DNA of 64,000 nucleotides from Candidatus Adlerbacteria bacterium. GTDB lineage: Bacteria > Patescibacteriota > Minisyncoccia > Phycocordibacterales > SBAW01. Shown here piece by piece: positions 12,026-21,865 of the stretch. Position 1 is the first letter of the stretch. Every line of letters begins with the position of its first letter. The stretch lies in the NCBI GenBank assembly GCA_903851045.1, contig CAINNF010000010.1, forward strand, positions 1,258-65,257, written 5' to 3'. The notes beneath the pieces are model-generated. The model was given only the letters and a program-made list of their open reading frames with translations. It was not told the origin of the DNA and did not search any database. Made by a program: the position numbers and the translations under genes.

Positions 12026-12973
12026 ATGGACAAGGCAAAGATCACCCCAAAAGATTTCTTTCTCTGGGCTGGAGCGATAGTCTCGTTCTACTGGAGCATC
12101 GTCGCGTTCATTTTTCTTATCTTCGAGTACATCAACTACGCGATGCCCGACCCGCTCGGGTACTATCCGGCCGACCCTTACCAAAGCAGCATACCGTACG
12201 AAATGGCCTCTATCATAGTGCTTTTTCCGCTCTACCTTCTGCTTGCCTGGATGATCCGACGTGATATCGACAAGGATGAGTCGCGTGCGCAGATATGGGT
12301 TCGACGGTGGGCGATACTGCTCACGTTGTTCATCGCGGGCGTTACCGTGGCGATCGATCTCATCACCCTTCTTACCACCTTCTTGCGTGGAGATGAGATC
12401 ACGCTCGCGTTCATACTCAAAGTGCTCATCGTCCTCCTCGTTGCCGCGGGCGTCTTCATGCACTTCATCGCCGACCTGTGGGGATATTGGGGCATGTTCC
12501 CGTCACGTCGCGACCGGGTGGTGGCGGGTGTCGTCGTACTCGCACTGAGCACCATCGCAACTGGTTTTCTGATCATCGGCACACCGCAGCAGGCGCGATT
12601 GTATCGCTTCGATACTCAAAAGGTGACTGACCTGACGAACATCCAATCACAGGTGGTGAGTTACTACCAACAGAAGCAAAGGTTGCCGACGATGCTTGCG
12701 AGTCTGACCGATCCGATCTCCGGTTTTACGGTACCGACCGACGCACAGACGAAGCAACCATACGAATATCAGACGACCGGGGGGCTTGCGTTCCAACTGT
12801 GTGCGACCTTTAACAAAGAAAGCCGCACGATGTCCCAAAATAACGTGACCTATCCGGCCCTGCCAGGGCTTAGGAGTGCGAACAATTGGCAACATGGCGC
12901 GGGACGTGTATGCTTCGACCGAACGATAGACCCGCAGCTGTACCCGACCACGACGCCAGTGAAAAACTTCTAA
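12026..12973 (+). CDS. membrane protein, DUF5671-like
   Basis: Four to five TM helices in the N-terminal 170 aa with a soluble C-terminal domain. The architecture resembles the DUF5671 family. Confidence 0.55.
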   Translation: MDKAKITPKDFFLWAGAIVSFYWSIVAFIFLIFEYINYAMPDPLGYYPADPYQSSIPYEMASIIVLFPLYLLLAWMIRRDIDKDESRAQIWVRRWAILLTLFIAGVTVAIDLITLLTTFLRGDEITLAFILKVLIVLLVAAGVFMHFIADLWGYWGMFPSRRDRVVAGVVVLALSTIATGFLIIGTPQQARLYRFDTQKVTDLTNIQSQVVSYYQQKQRLPTMLASLTDPISGFTVPTDAQTKQPYEYQTTGGLAFQLCATFNKESRTMSQNNVTYPALPGLRSANNWQHGAGRVCFDRTIDPQLYPTTTPVKNF

Positions 12974-12981
12974 TCATTGCG

Positions 12982-15465
12982 ATGGACACATACGACCCCA
13001 AAAAAATAGAGAGGAAGTGGCAAGCCCGATGGGAAAAGGAGCAGACGTTTCGAACGGACGAAGATTCATCTAAGGAGAAGTTGTACGTGCTCGACATGTT
13101 CCCGTACCCATCCGGTTCCGGCCTGCATGTTGGCCATGTGGAGGGATATGCTGCTACCGACATCTACAGTCGCTACCAACGCACGAAGGGGTACAATGTG
13201 CTCCATCCGATGGGCTGGGACGCGTTCGGACTTCCGGCAGAGAATTACGCCATCAAGACCGGTGTCCCTCCTCACACGACGACCGCTGACGCTATAGGTA
13301 CGTTCCGCTCGCAGATGCGGTCACTCGGCCTTTCGTACGACTGGAGTCGAGAGATCGGGACGTACCTGCCCGAGTACTACAAGTGGACGCAATGGTTCTT
13401 CCTCTTTCTCTTCAAAAACGGACTTGCTGAAAAACGACTGGCAAAAGTGAATTGGTGCCCGAAGGACCAGACCGTCCTCGCGAACGAGCAGACGGTCAGC
13501 GAGTCGGGAGAGAAGGGTGTCTGTGTACGCTGTGGCACGAAGATCATCCAAAAAGACCTTGAACAGTGGTTCTTCAAGATAACCGAGTTTTCTGATGCGC
13601 TCATCGACGACCTCGATACGGTCGACTGGCCGGAGTCGACGAAGATCAACCAACGCAACTGGATAGGCCGCAGCGAGGGCGCCGAGATCGAGTTCGCCCT
13701 GTCCGCGGGCGACATCAAGGTCAAAGTGTTTACCACGCGACCGGACACGCTCTTCGGTGCGACCTATATGGTGCTCGCACCGGAACATCCTTTGGTCGCA
13801 ACATTGATCAAGGAACAGCGTCTGGAGAATACGGACGAGGTGGCGGCATACGTTGCTGCTGCAGCGAATAAAACCGACCTCGACCGCCAGACGGAGGAAA
13901 AAGAAAAGACCGGCGTCGAACTCAAGGGAATTACAGCAGTTAACCCCGCGAACAAAAAAGAGATTCCCCTCTTTGTCGCCGACTATGTGCTCGGCGGCTA
14001 CGGCACCGGAGCCATCATGGCTGTTCCTGCACACGATGAACGCGATTTCGCATTTGCTCGAACACGCCGTCTTCCTATCATAGAAGTAATCGCAAACACC
14101 AGGAGATGGGACGATCCCGTTATGGGAGGTATGAGATTGGCAGATCAGTTACCTTTTATTGGCGGAGGAACTTTAATTAATTCCGAAAATTTTAATGGTC
14201 TTACAAACGAAGAAGCTAAGAAGAAGATAACCGAGTTTGTGAGCGGGAAGCTCACTAAGACGTACAAACTGCGGGATTGGTTGATCAGTCGCCAGCGGTA
14301 CTGGGGTGCGCCGATCCCGGTGGTGTATGACCCACAGGGGAAGGCCCATCCGGTGCCCGAAGAACATCTGCCGTGGTTGCTACCGACCGATGTGGAATTC
14401 CGTCCGACCGGCACCTCACCGCTTGGTCTTTCCAAGGAGCTTCAAGAGCGTACCGAGCGCATATTCGGCAAGGGGTGGCGGCCGGAGATCGACACAATGG
14501 ACACGTTCGTCTGTTCGTCGTGGTACTACTTCCGCTTTGGCGACCCGCGCAATGAGCACACTTTCGCAAGCAAGGAGTCAATCGCGAAGTGGCAGCCGGT
14601 AGACCTCTACATGGGCGGCGCGGAGCATACGGTACTACACCTTATGTATGCGCGATTCTTTACGAAGGCACTTCATAAGTTTGGCCAGATCGATTTTATA
14701 GAGCCGTTCACGAAGTTGCGACACCAAGGTATGATCTTGGCCGAAGACAGCACCAAAATGTCGAAGTCGAAAGGGAACGTCATTAACCCCGACGACATGG
14801 TGGCCCTCTATGGAGCCGACACGATACGTATGTACGAGATGTTCATGGGGCCACTTGAGGCGATGAAGCCATGGAGCACGAAGAGTATCGTGGGAGTGCG
14901 TCGCTTTCTTGAGCGCACCTGGTCGCTGGCTGAAAAGGTCGCCGACGTGCCGCTCGAGCCAGAGACGGAAACACTTGTACACCAGACGATCCGCAAGGTC
15001 GGGGAGGATATCGAGGCGCTTAAGATGAACACGGCGGTATCAGCGCTCATGATTCTCGTGAATCATCTACATTCGCTCGAGAAGGTTCCTGCACTAACCT
15101 ACACGACACTTCTGCAACTGCTCGCACCGTTCGCTCCCCACATGAGCGAGGAGCTGTGGGAAAAGTTGGGGCACACGGAGTCCATACAGGTTGCTGCGTG
15201 GCCGCTGTTCGATGCCGCCAAGACATTGGCCCCTACCGCACACATCGCCGTACAAATAAACGGCAAGGTTCGCGTCACGATCGAACTACCAACGAACGCC
15301 ACCGAAGCCGAGGCGCTCGGCGTAGCCCGCGCGGACGAAGTGGTGGCGAAATGGCTCGCACAGGGGAGCGAGGTCAAGGCCGTGTACGTCCCTGGACGAA
15401 TACTTAACTTCGTCATCAACGTCGCGCATAACGGGTCTCCGATCGCGGGCTCAGAAAAGAGTTAG
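12982..15465 (+). CDS. leuS: leucyl-tRNA synthetase
   Basis: Class I motifs (P)YPSGSGLHVGHVEGY and KMSKSKGN; CP1 editing-domain similarity. Start set at the ATG at 12982 (MDTYDPKKIERKWQ), just after the previous stop. The ORF-track start at 12886 overlaps the upstream gene. Confidence 0.95.
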   Translation: MDTYDPKKIERKWQARWEKEQTFRTDEDSSKEKLYVLDMFPYPSGSGLHVGHVEGYAATDIYSRYQRTKGYNVLHPMGWDAFGLPAENYAIKTGVPPHTTTADAIGTFRSQMRSLGLSYDWSREIGTYLPEYYKWTQWFFLFLFKNGLAEKRLAKVNWCPKDQTVLANEQTVSESGEKGVCVRCGTKIIQKDLEQWFFKITEFSDALIDDLDTVDWPESTKINQRNWIGRSEGAEIEFALSAGDIKVKVFTTRPDTLFGATYMVLAPEHPLVATLIKEQRLENTDEVAAYVAAAANKTDLDRQTEEKEKTGVELKGITAVNPANKKEIPLFVADYVLGGYGTGAIMAVPAHDERDFAFARTRRLPIIEVIANTRRWDDPVMGGMRLADQLPFIGGGTLINSENFNGLTNEEAKKKITEFVSGKLTKTYKLRDWLISRQRYWGAPIPVVYDPQGKAHPVPEEHLPWLLPTDVEFRPTGTSPLGLSKELQERTERIFGKGWRPEIDTMDTFVCSSWYYFRFGDPRNEHTFASKESIAKWQPVDLYMGGAEHTVLHLMYARFFTKALHKFGQIDFIEPFTKLRHQGMILAEDSTKMSKSKGNVINPDDMVALYGADTIRMYEMFMGPLEAMKPWSTKSIVGVRRFLERTWSLAEKVADVPLEPETETLVHQTIRKVGEDIEALKMNTAVSALMILVNHLHSLEKVPALTYTTLLQLLAPFAPHMSEELWEKLGHTESIQVAAWPLFDAAKTLAPTAHIAVQINGKVRVTIELPTNATEAEALGVARADEVVAKWLAQGSEVKAVYVPGRILNFVINVAHNGSPIAGSEKS

Positions 15466-15557
15466 TTTTTTAATGGAGATCCTTTTCCCGGGGTCCGAGT
15501 GCGAAATTGACAATAATTGACCTTAATAGTAACCTGTGCTACAAATAGACAATAATT

Positions 15558-16601
15558 ATGACACAAACAACAGAAAAAGCAGGTTTTAAGCCAAAGAATA
15601 TAGTGCGCCGCCTATTGAGTTCGCTCCCTGAGCGGTCCCGGATCGTGCTCGAAGCGCGCTTCGGTTTGGGCCAGGACCCTGAGCGCGTGACGCTCGAATC
15701 TATCGGTAAACGATACGATATTACCCGTGAACGCGTTCGCCAGATCGAGAACCACGCCCTTAACTCGCTGAAGAAGTCACCCGCCTTCGCCGAGGCGCAT
15801 GCGGCCTTCGAAGAACTCGAGCAGGTCATAGATTCTCTTGGCGGTATCGTGTGCGAGGATGACCTGCTCAACTTCATGTCCAAGGACAAGAGTATGCAGA
15901 ACTACATCTACTTCCTACTTGTCCTGGGTGATCCGTTCAAATACCGAAAGGAGGACGACGAGGCTGAGCGTTGCTGGTACGTCGACCATGATCTTGCGGA
16001 GAAGGTACAAAGCGCGCTTCAGCGACTGTACAAGGGTCTATCCGACGAAGAACTCATCCCCGAAGGCGAGATGCTCAACCGTTTCCTCAAAGAGCTCGAG
16101 AACATCAACAACAAGTATCGCAACGAGGAGGTTTTGAAGCGTTGGCTCTCTATTTCCAAAAGCATCGGCAAGAATCCGCTCGGTGAGTGGGGGCACGCCG
16201 CATCACCGAACGTGAAGACCAAGGGCGTGCGTGACTATGCATACCTTGCGGTGAAGAAGCATGGATCACCGCTCCACTTCCGCGAAGTAGCGCAGCTCAT
16301 CGAGAAGATGTTCAACCGAAAGGCACACATCGCGACGACACATAACGAACTCATCAAGGACAATCGTTTTGTGTTGGTCGGACGAGGTATGTACGCGCTC
16401 AAGGAGTGGGGATATACGTCGGGTGTCGTACGCGATGTCATCCGCGAAGTACTGCGCGACAAAGGAGCCTTGACCAAGGACGAGATCATCGAAAAGGTCC
16501 TTAAGGAACGTCACGTGAAGCCCGGCACCATCGTCGTCAATCTACAGAATCAAAAATACTTTAAAAAGAACAAGGAGGGAAAGTTCTCACTCGTGAAATA
16601 A
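15558..16601 (+). CDS. DNA-binding protein with an N-terminal sigma-70 region-4-like HTH and a C-terminal HARE-HTH-like winged helix
   Basis: N-terminus SRIVLEARFGLGQDPERVTLESIGKRYDITRERVRQIENHALNSLKK matches sigma70 region 4. C-terminus PLHFREVAQLIEKMF...HIATTHNELIKDNRFVLVGRGMYALKEWG matches the HARE-HTH pattern seen in the RNA polymerase delta subunit N-domain. Sigma regions 2 and 3 are absent. Confidence 0.7.
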   Translation: MTQTTEKAGFKPKNIVRRLLSSLPERSRIVLEARFGLGQDPERVTLESIGKRYDITRERVRQIENHALNSLKKSPAFAEAHAAFEELEQVIDSLGGIVCEDDLLNFMSKDKSMQNYIYFLLVLGDPFKYRKEDDEAERCWYVDHDLAEKVQSALQRLYKGLSDEELIPEGEMLNRFLKELENINNKYRNEEVLKRWLSISKSIGKNPLGEWGHAASPNVKTKGVRDYAYLAVKKHGSPLHFREVAQLIEKMFNRKAHIATTHNELIKDNRFVLVGRGMYALKEWGYTSGVVRDVIREVLRDKGALTKDEIIEKVLKERHVKPGTIVVNLQNQKYFKKNKEGKFSLVK

Positions 16602-16604
16602 GAA

Positions 16605-16636
16605 AAAAGCTGGCCGAACGGTCAGCTTTTTTCTTT
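16605..16636. terminator. bidirectional rho-independent terminator between convergent genes
   Basis: aagctggcc-gaac-ggtcagctt hairpin flanked by an A-tract upstream and a T-tract downstream. It overlaps the stop codon of the minus-strand gene. Confidence 0.6.
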
Positions 16637-16981
16637 TTTGAACGCTATATCCAACATATACAGGATTACCACCAGCACCGCATAGGAACAAATGATGGTA
16701 CCGGTCTTGCGTAGATCAGCAGTATCGAACCCGATCAGTGTCACGAACCCGCGGATGGCGACCCACAGAACGAACATGTTCACCATCAGTGCCACACCCC
16801 AACCGACGCGCATGCGGGCAAGTTCGGTGTGTTCGTCATCACCGTCGATGTAAAAAAGCTGGTTCAAACCCGCGAGGAAACCGCGCAGGAATATCAGGAA
16901 CCCCATACACGCCCCGAACGCCAACACTGCTCCTATATAGTAGAGCGGGTGTGTAACGATCATGATGAGCAAAGCATCCAT
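16622..16981 (-). CDS. small membrane protein (three TM helices), hypothetical
   Basis: 119-aa hydrophobic ORF that converges on the upstream gene and shares its terminator. Confidence 0.5.
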   Translation of the reverse strand: MDALLIMIVTHPLYYIGAVLAFGACMGFLIFLRGFLAGLNQLFYIDGDDEHTELARMRVGWGVALMVNMFVLWVAIRGFVTLIGFDTADLRKTGTIICSYAVLVVILYMLDIAFKKEKS

Positions 16982-17016
16982 AGCAAGAAATCTCTTGGTG
17001 TATACTATATCATACG

Positions 17017-18390
17017 ATGCTCGGGTATAAGGTCGGGAAGAATATGTCAGAGTGGCTGAGCGGTTGGGCGTTCGACCCGCTTGTCGTCATGCCGATTGTG
17101 TTCGTATTCCTTTTGTTCGTCGTCGACGCCTATGACCCGGAGACGTTGTCGAACGGGTTAGCGATGGTGGTCGCCACCTCTCCCATTTGGCTTCCGCTCT
17201 ATCTGGGGGTCTTTTTTTGGGTCTCCTGGATAGACTATATACGCTTCATGTATTGGTTCGGTCTCGATTTCGTTGTGCTCGAGGTCCAGCTGCCACAGAC
17301 GGTAGATAAGAACCCGATGGCCATAGAGATGTTTCTCGCGACATTCCATAACGCTGGCGGGGAGACGACATTCATTGCGCGCGTATGGAAAGGCTCCTTT
17401 CGGCCGCTCTGGTCATTGGAGATCGCAAGCAATGAGGGTCGCATAGGGTACTACATGCATATGCGACGCGCGTTCCGCAATATCGTCGAAGCGCGTCTCT
17501 ACGGGCAGTTTCCTGAGGCGAAGGTGGTGGAGGTCGACGATTATGCGACCCAGGTACCGTTCAACCAAGAAGAGTATACGATCTTCGGTGGTGAGTATCG
17601 CAAAGGTGCGCTCGGTGCGCTCCCTATCAAAACATACATCGACTATGGTCTGGACAAAGACCCGAAAGAGGAGTTCAAGATCGACCCCATTACGAGCATC
17701 CTGGAGCTGTTCAGCCAGGTAGGGAAGAACGAGCACTTTTGGCTTCAGATCATACTGAAGGCCCGACGAAACGAGTCGGAGTGGTATGGATTCAGGAACA
17801 AGGCGAACGACAACTTTCGAAACCCTGCGAAAAAGGAGGTCAAGAAGTTGATCAAAGCCGCTGCAGAACGAGCGGGCGAGCTCGTGACCGACGAGTCAGC
17901 GAAAAAATCGATCGCCTCCCGCGGCATCACCTTGCTTTCGGAAGGCGAGAAAGCTCGTGTCGAAGCAATCGAGCGTTCATTGTCGAAACTCACGTTCGAG
18001 TGCGGGATTCGTGTCGTCTATATAGCGAAAAAAGATAATTTTGCTGGTATTAACGCTGGTGCCATCATCCGTTTTTTTGACGCGTTTAAGGGTCAGGATG
18101 CCGACCGTGAATACAACGCGCTCGGTATCACCGGTGGCACGACGATCTTTGACTATCCATGGCAAGATTTTATGGATATCCGCCTAAAGATACTGTGCGA
18201 CAATCTGTACTTCCAATACAAGAACCGCGCGTACTTCTATGTTCCCTACGATCAGGTGCCTGTGTTCATGACGACCGAAGAGATAGCGACCCTGTGGCAC
18301 TTCCCGAGTTCGATCATACAGACGCCAGGACTCAACCGCGTCCCATCGCGTCGGTCGGAAGCACCGATCAATCTACCTACTGGCCTATAA
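17017..18390 (+). CDS. hypothetical membrane-anchored protein (457 aa)
   Basis: Two N-terminal TM helices then a large soluble domain. No Walker motif or known catalytic signature recognised. Confidence 0.5.
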   Translation: MLGYKVGKNMSEWLSGWAFDPLVVMPIVFVFLLFVVDAYDPETLSNGLAMVVATSPIWLPLYLGVFFWVSWIDYIRFMYWFGLDFVVLEVQLPQTVDKNPMAIEMFLATFHNAGGETTFIARVWKGSFRPLWSLEIASNEGRIGYYMHMRRAFRNIVEARLYGQFPEAKVVEVDDYATQVPFNQEEYTIFGGEYRKGALGALPIKTYIDYGLDKDPKEEFKIDPITSILELFSQVGKNEHFWLQIILKARRNESEWYGFRNKANDNFRNPAKKEVKKLIKAAAERAGELVTDESAKKSIASRGITLLSEGEKARVEAIERSLSKLTFECGIRVVYIAKKDNFAGINAGAIIRFFDAFKGQDADREYNALGITGGTTIFDYPWQDFMDIRLKILCDNLYFQYKNRAYFYVPYDQVPVFMTTEEIATLWHFPSSIIQTPGLNRVPSRRSEAPINLPTGL

Positions 18391-18400
18391 TACTTGTCAT

Positions 18401-19444
18401 ATGCCTGAAGAAAAAAAACCCTTGCACCGTCGTGTACGTACGCACATCACCCGGACCCTGGGCTCGTATAGTGAGTGGGCTCGGTGGTGGCGCTTGTACG
18501 ATCGGATACTTCCGACAGCGTTCCTGTTTGGCGTACTCTGTTTTTTGGTGTACTACCTCACCATCGCCCCACCGATACGGTTTCCCGGTGCATCATTGAT
18601 GAAGGTCGGCAAAGATGAGCCGATAGACCAGGTCGCCCAAGAATTGCAAGATCGGCATCTTATACAATCACACCGGATCTTTATAGCCGTCGCCCGCGCT
18701 TATGGGGCAAGAACGCAGGTCACTGCCGGAGAATATTTCTTTCCCGGGCCGCAGTCAGTCGTGACCATCGCGCGGCGTCTCGCGCGCGGTGATTATGAGT
18801 TGGTACCGGTAAAGGTGATTATCCCCGAAGGAACCAATACCTTCCAAATGGCCGATATCCTTACCGCCAAGATACCGGACTTCGACAAAGCCTCTTTCGT
18901 CGAGGATGCCCAAGCAAAAGAAGGATACTTGTTCCCTGACTCATACTACTTCTTACCCGGTGAGGACCCGCTCGACGTCCTTTCGACCATGGAATCAAAT
19001 TTCAAACGTCACGTCTCCGAAGAGAAGGCTGCGACTGAGATCTCGCAGTTCGGCAAACCTCTCAACGACATCATCACCATGGCATCGCTCCTTGAAAAGG
19101 AAGCGAACGATACGCAAAGCCGGCGGGTGATAGCGGGCATCCTATGGAAACGCCTCAGTATCGGTATGCCGCTCCAGGTCGATGCGGTGTTCCCATACAT
19201 CATAGGTAAGAACTCCTTACAGTTGACCAGGACCGATTTGAAGACCGCATCGCCGTACAATACGTACATCAACAAAGGACTCCCTCCTGGACCGATCACG
19301 AATCCTGGGTTAGATTCTATTCTTGCGGCCGTGGAACCCGTACCATCCAAATATCTGTACTATCTCTCGGATCTCCACGGACAATTCCACTATAGCGTGA
19401 CCTATGCTCAACAACTTGCGAACCAAAAAAAATACCTCCCCTAA
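18401..19444 (+). CDS. mltG: endolytic murein transglycosylase MltG (YceG-like)
   Basis: N-terminal TM anchor; YceG-like pattern (...GEYFFPGPQSVVTIARRLARGDYELV...LQVDAVFPYIIGKN...YNTYINKGLPPGPI). Confidence 0.85.
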   Translation: MPEEKKPLHRRVRTHITRTLGSYSEWARWWRLYDRILPTAFLFGVLCFLVYYLTIAPPIRFPGASLMKVGKDEPIDQVAQELQDRHLIQSHRIFIAVARAYGARTQVTAGEYFFPGPQSVVTIARRLARGDYELVPVKVIIPEGTNTFQMADILTAKIPDFDKASFVEDAQAKEGYLFPDSYYFLPGEDPLDVLSTMESNFKRHVSEEKAATEISQFGKPLNDIITMASLLEKEANDTQSRRVIAGILWKRLSIGMPLQVDAVFPYIIGKNSLQLTRTDLKTASPYNTYINKGLPPGPITNPGLDSILAAVEPVPSKYLYYLSDLHGQFHYSVTYAQQLANQKKYLP

Positions 19445-20507
19445 AAAAGTCTTTGTCGGGCTTTCCGGCGGTGTCGACTCTGCCGTCTCTGCTGCGTTGT
19501 TAGTGCGCGCAGGATACGACGTGACTGGTGTCTTTATTCGCATCGTTCTGCCGGGGTATCCGTGTCCCGCAGTGACGGATCGGCAGGATGCGATGCGTGT
19601 CGCTGCGCATCTGAAGATACCGTTTCGAGATATCGATCTATCGAAACAATATGAGGAACGCGTATTCAAGCACACACTCGAAGAATACGCCCGTGGACGC
19701 ACACCGAATCCAGACGTCCTTTGCAATCGAGAGATAAAGTTCGGATTGTTCTTCGAATACGCTATGCGCGAAGGTGCCACCTACGTCGCGACCGGACACT
19801 ATGCACGCACGAAACAGGAAGATGGTCACACCCTACTGTACACAGGCAACGACACCGCCAAGGACCAAAGCTATTTTCTGTGGATGGTGCCGGAAACGCA
19901 GCTCGCCAAGACACTGTTTCCCGTCGGTGCACTGCAAAAATCACAGGTCCGCGCACTTGCTCTGAAGTTCGGGTTACCGAACGCGACGCGCAAAGACAGC
20001 CAAGGGTTGTGTTTCTTGGGCGCTATCGCCATGGACACGATGTTAACGCGCGAACTACATCCGCTCCCGGGAGATGTCGTGTCCGAGGATGGGCACGTGA
20101 TCGGATGCCATAACGGCGCGCTCTTGTATACCCTGGGTCAACGACACGGGTTCATCGTGCAACATCGATCACCGGACGATCAGCGGCCGCTATACGTCAT
20201 AGCGAAGGATACGACCCATAACACGATCACCGTATCCGCACAAGCGTTCCCGCCACACGCCTCGAAGACATCCATATCGTTGACGTCATGCAATTGGATA
20301 GGACCTGTCTCGACAGGTACAGGAGCCGCTCGATATCGATACCGCCAAGCGTTGATCAAGACGCACGTGCGGTCGATCGGAGATACGACGACGCTCGAAC
20401 TCCTCGAGCCACAGTATGTCCCCGCCGGACAATCGTTGGTGGTATACCTCAAAGACCGCTGTCTTGGTGGGGGGGTTGTTGATAAGTCGATACCTCTGTT
20501 CGATTGA
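19404..20507 (+). CDS. mnmA: tRNA-specific 2-thiouridylase MnmA
   Basis: PP-loop VFVGLSGGVDSAVSAALL and conserved Cys residues; 367 aa. The start overlaps mltG by 41 nt. Confidence 0.9.
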   Translation: MLNNLRTKKNTSPKKVFVGLSGGVDSAVSAALLVRAGYDVTGVFIRIVLPGYPCPAVTDRQDAMRVAAHLKIPFRDIDLSKQYEERVFKHTLEEYARGRTPNPDVLCNREIKFGLFFEYAMREGATYVATGHYARTKQEDGHTLLYTGNDTAKDQSYFLWMVPETQLAKTLFPVGALQKSQVRALALKFGLPNATRKDSQGLCFLGAIAMDTMLTRELHPLPGDVVSEDGHVIGCHNGALLYTLGQRHGFIVQHRSPDDQRPLYVIAKDTTHNTITVSAQAFPPHASKTSISLTSCNWIGPVSTGTGAARYRYRQALIKTHVRSIGDTTTLELLEPQYVPAGQSLVVYLKDRCLGGGVVDKSIPLFD

Positions 20508-20524
20508 CAGCGTATACTTGAGAC

Positions 20525-20983
20525 ATGAAAAAGGAGGTGGGTGCGTTCTCTCTCATTATTTTTTTGTTCGTCATCGTTGTCACCTGGTGGGCGGTCTCGT
20601 CTTTTCGGGTCCCGGTACTTCAAACAGGCGTGGTCGCTACGAATACTCCCACCGCCAACACCGAGGAGTACGTACCGAGTGGACCTGTCCAGATATATCA
20701 CTCTACGAGCAAAGGGTCCGAGGTGTATCATGGTTCGTTCAATATCCCGAGCTGTGATAATTTCTTGACGGGTATTTCGACCTCGGGGAACCAGCCGACA
20801 CATCTGAGACTTTCCTTTACTATCTCGAAACAGTCCCAGGACTGCACATCCGCCTCACCGAAGGTGGCTGTGCCGTTTTCGGTAACTTACTCTTCGAGTA
20901 AGTCCAAACAAAAGCCGGTGGTTGAAAGTGTGAAGATCAATAACATGGCCGCTGCCTTCTCGGTCATTGAAGCCACGAATTAA
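20525..20983 (+). CDS. hypothetical secreted or membrane-anchored protein
   Basis: 152 aa with N-terminal signal anchor AFSLIIFLFVIVVTWWAV. No known domain. Confidence 0.45.
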   Translation: MKKEVGAFSLIIFLFVIVVTWWAVSSFRVPVLQTGVVATNTPTANTEEYVPSGPVQIYHSTSKGSEVYHGSFNIPSCDNFLTGISTSGNQPTHLRLSFTISKQSQDCTSASPKVAVPFSVTYSSSKSKQKPVVESVKINNMAAAFSVIEATN

Positions 20984-20985
20984 CG

Positions 20986-21813
20986 ATGTCTGTTCTTGTC
21001 TCAAAAGCCGACGGTACCACGGAGGCGTTTGAACCTTCGAAGCTTCGGCTGTCGCTCACTCGAGCAGGGGCAGGGGAGGACGTGGTCGACAAGATACACA
21101 AAGAGATCGAAGGTGGGTTGTATGCTGGCATTTCGACGAGTCAGATATATCATCGTGCGTTCGCACTATTGCACGAGTATCGGCGCGGCGTCGCTGCCCG
21201 GTACTCACTGAAGCGGGCGGTGGATGAGTTCGGACCTTCAGGATTCCCATTCGAAGCATATCTCGCCCGACTGTTCGAAGCTGAAGGATACACGACGAAC
21301 ACGGACCAGATCGTACGAGGCGGTTGCGTCGAGCATGAGGTCGACGTGGTCATGACACGGAACCGCGAACGTGTGTTCGTGGAGGCGAAGTTCCATAATA
21401 ATCCCGGATTTAAAACCGACCTTAAAACGGTGCTGTATGTACAGGCACGCATCGAAGACATACGAAAAGCGCTTCCCGGTGCTCCCGCGAGAGGGTTAGT
21501 GGTGACGAACACGAAGTTCACCACCATAGCCACCCAATACGCACTCTGTGCGGGGCTCGACCTTTTAGCGTGGGATTACCCCGAGAAAAGCGATTTACAT
21601 GAAAGGATAGATATGGCTAAATTATATCCGGTCACCGCACTGACCACACTTTCTAAAACCGAGAAAACGGCTTTGTTGAACAAAAAAATGGTATTATGCA
21701 GCGATATTTCCCGGAATTCTCACGCACTTCCAAGCCTTGGGATCCATGGAAAACGTGCCGACGTCGTTCTCGAAGAAGTTGGAGCATTGTGTATACCAGG
21801 GAAAGATATATAA
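20986..21813 (+). CDS. ATP-cone domain fused to a restriction-endonuclease-fold (Mrr-like) domain
   Basis: N-terminal ~90 aa resemble an NrdR/RNR-type ATP-cone (VSKADGTTEAFEPSKLRLSL...ISTSQIYHRAFALL). The middle region matches the Mrr_cat/PD-(D/E)XK signature (FEAYLARLFEAEGY...VEHEVDVVMTRNRERVFVEAKFHNN). Confidence 0.65.
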   Translation: MSVLVSKADGTTEAFEPSKLRLSLTRAGAGEDVVDKIHKEIEGGLYAGISTSQIYHRAFALLHEYRRGVAARYSLKRAVDEFGPSGFPFEAYLARLFEAEGYTTNTDQIVRGGCVEHEVDVVMTRNRERVFVEAKFHNNPGFKTDLKTVLYVQARIEDIRKALPGAPARGLVVTNTKFTTIATQYALCAGLDLLAWDYPEKSDLHERIDMAKLYPVTALTTLSKTEKTALLNKKMVLCSDISRNSHALPSLGIHGKRADVVLEEVGALCIPGKDI

Positions 21814-21865
21814 TCTGGTCGGGTTTGTCTTTATACATTATTTATCTCTAACTCTATATATCCAT

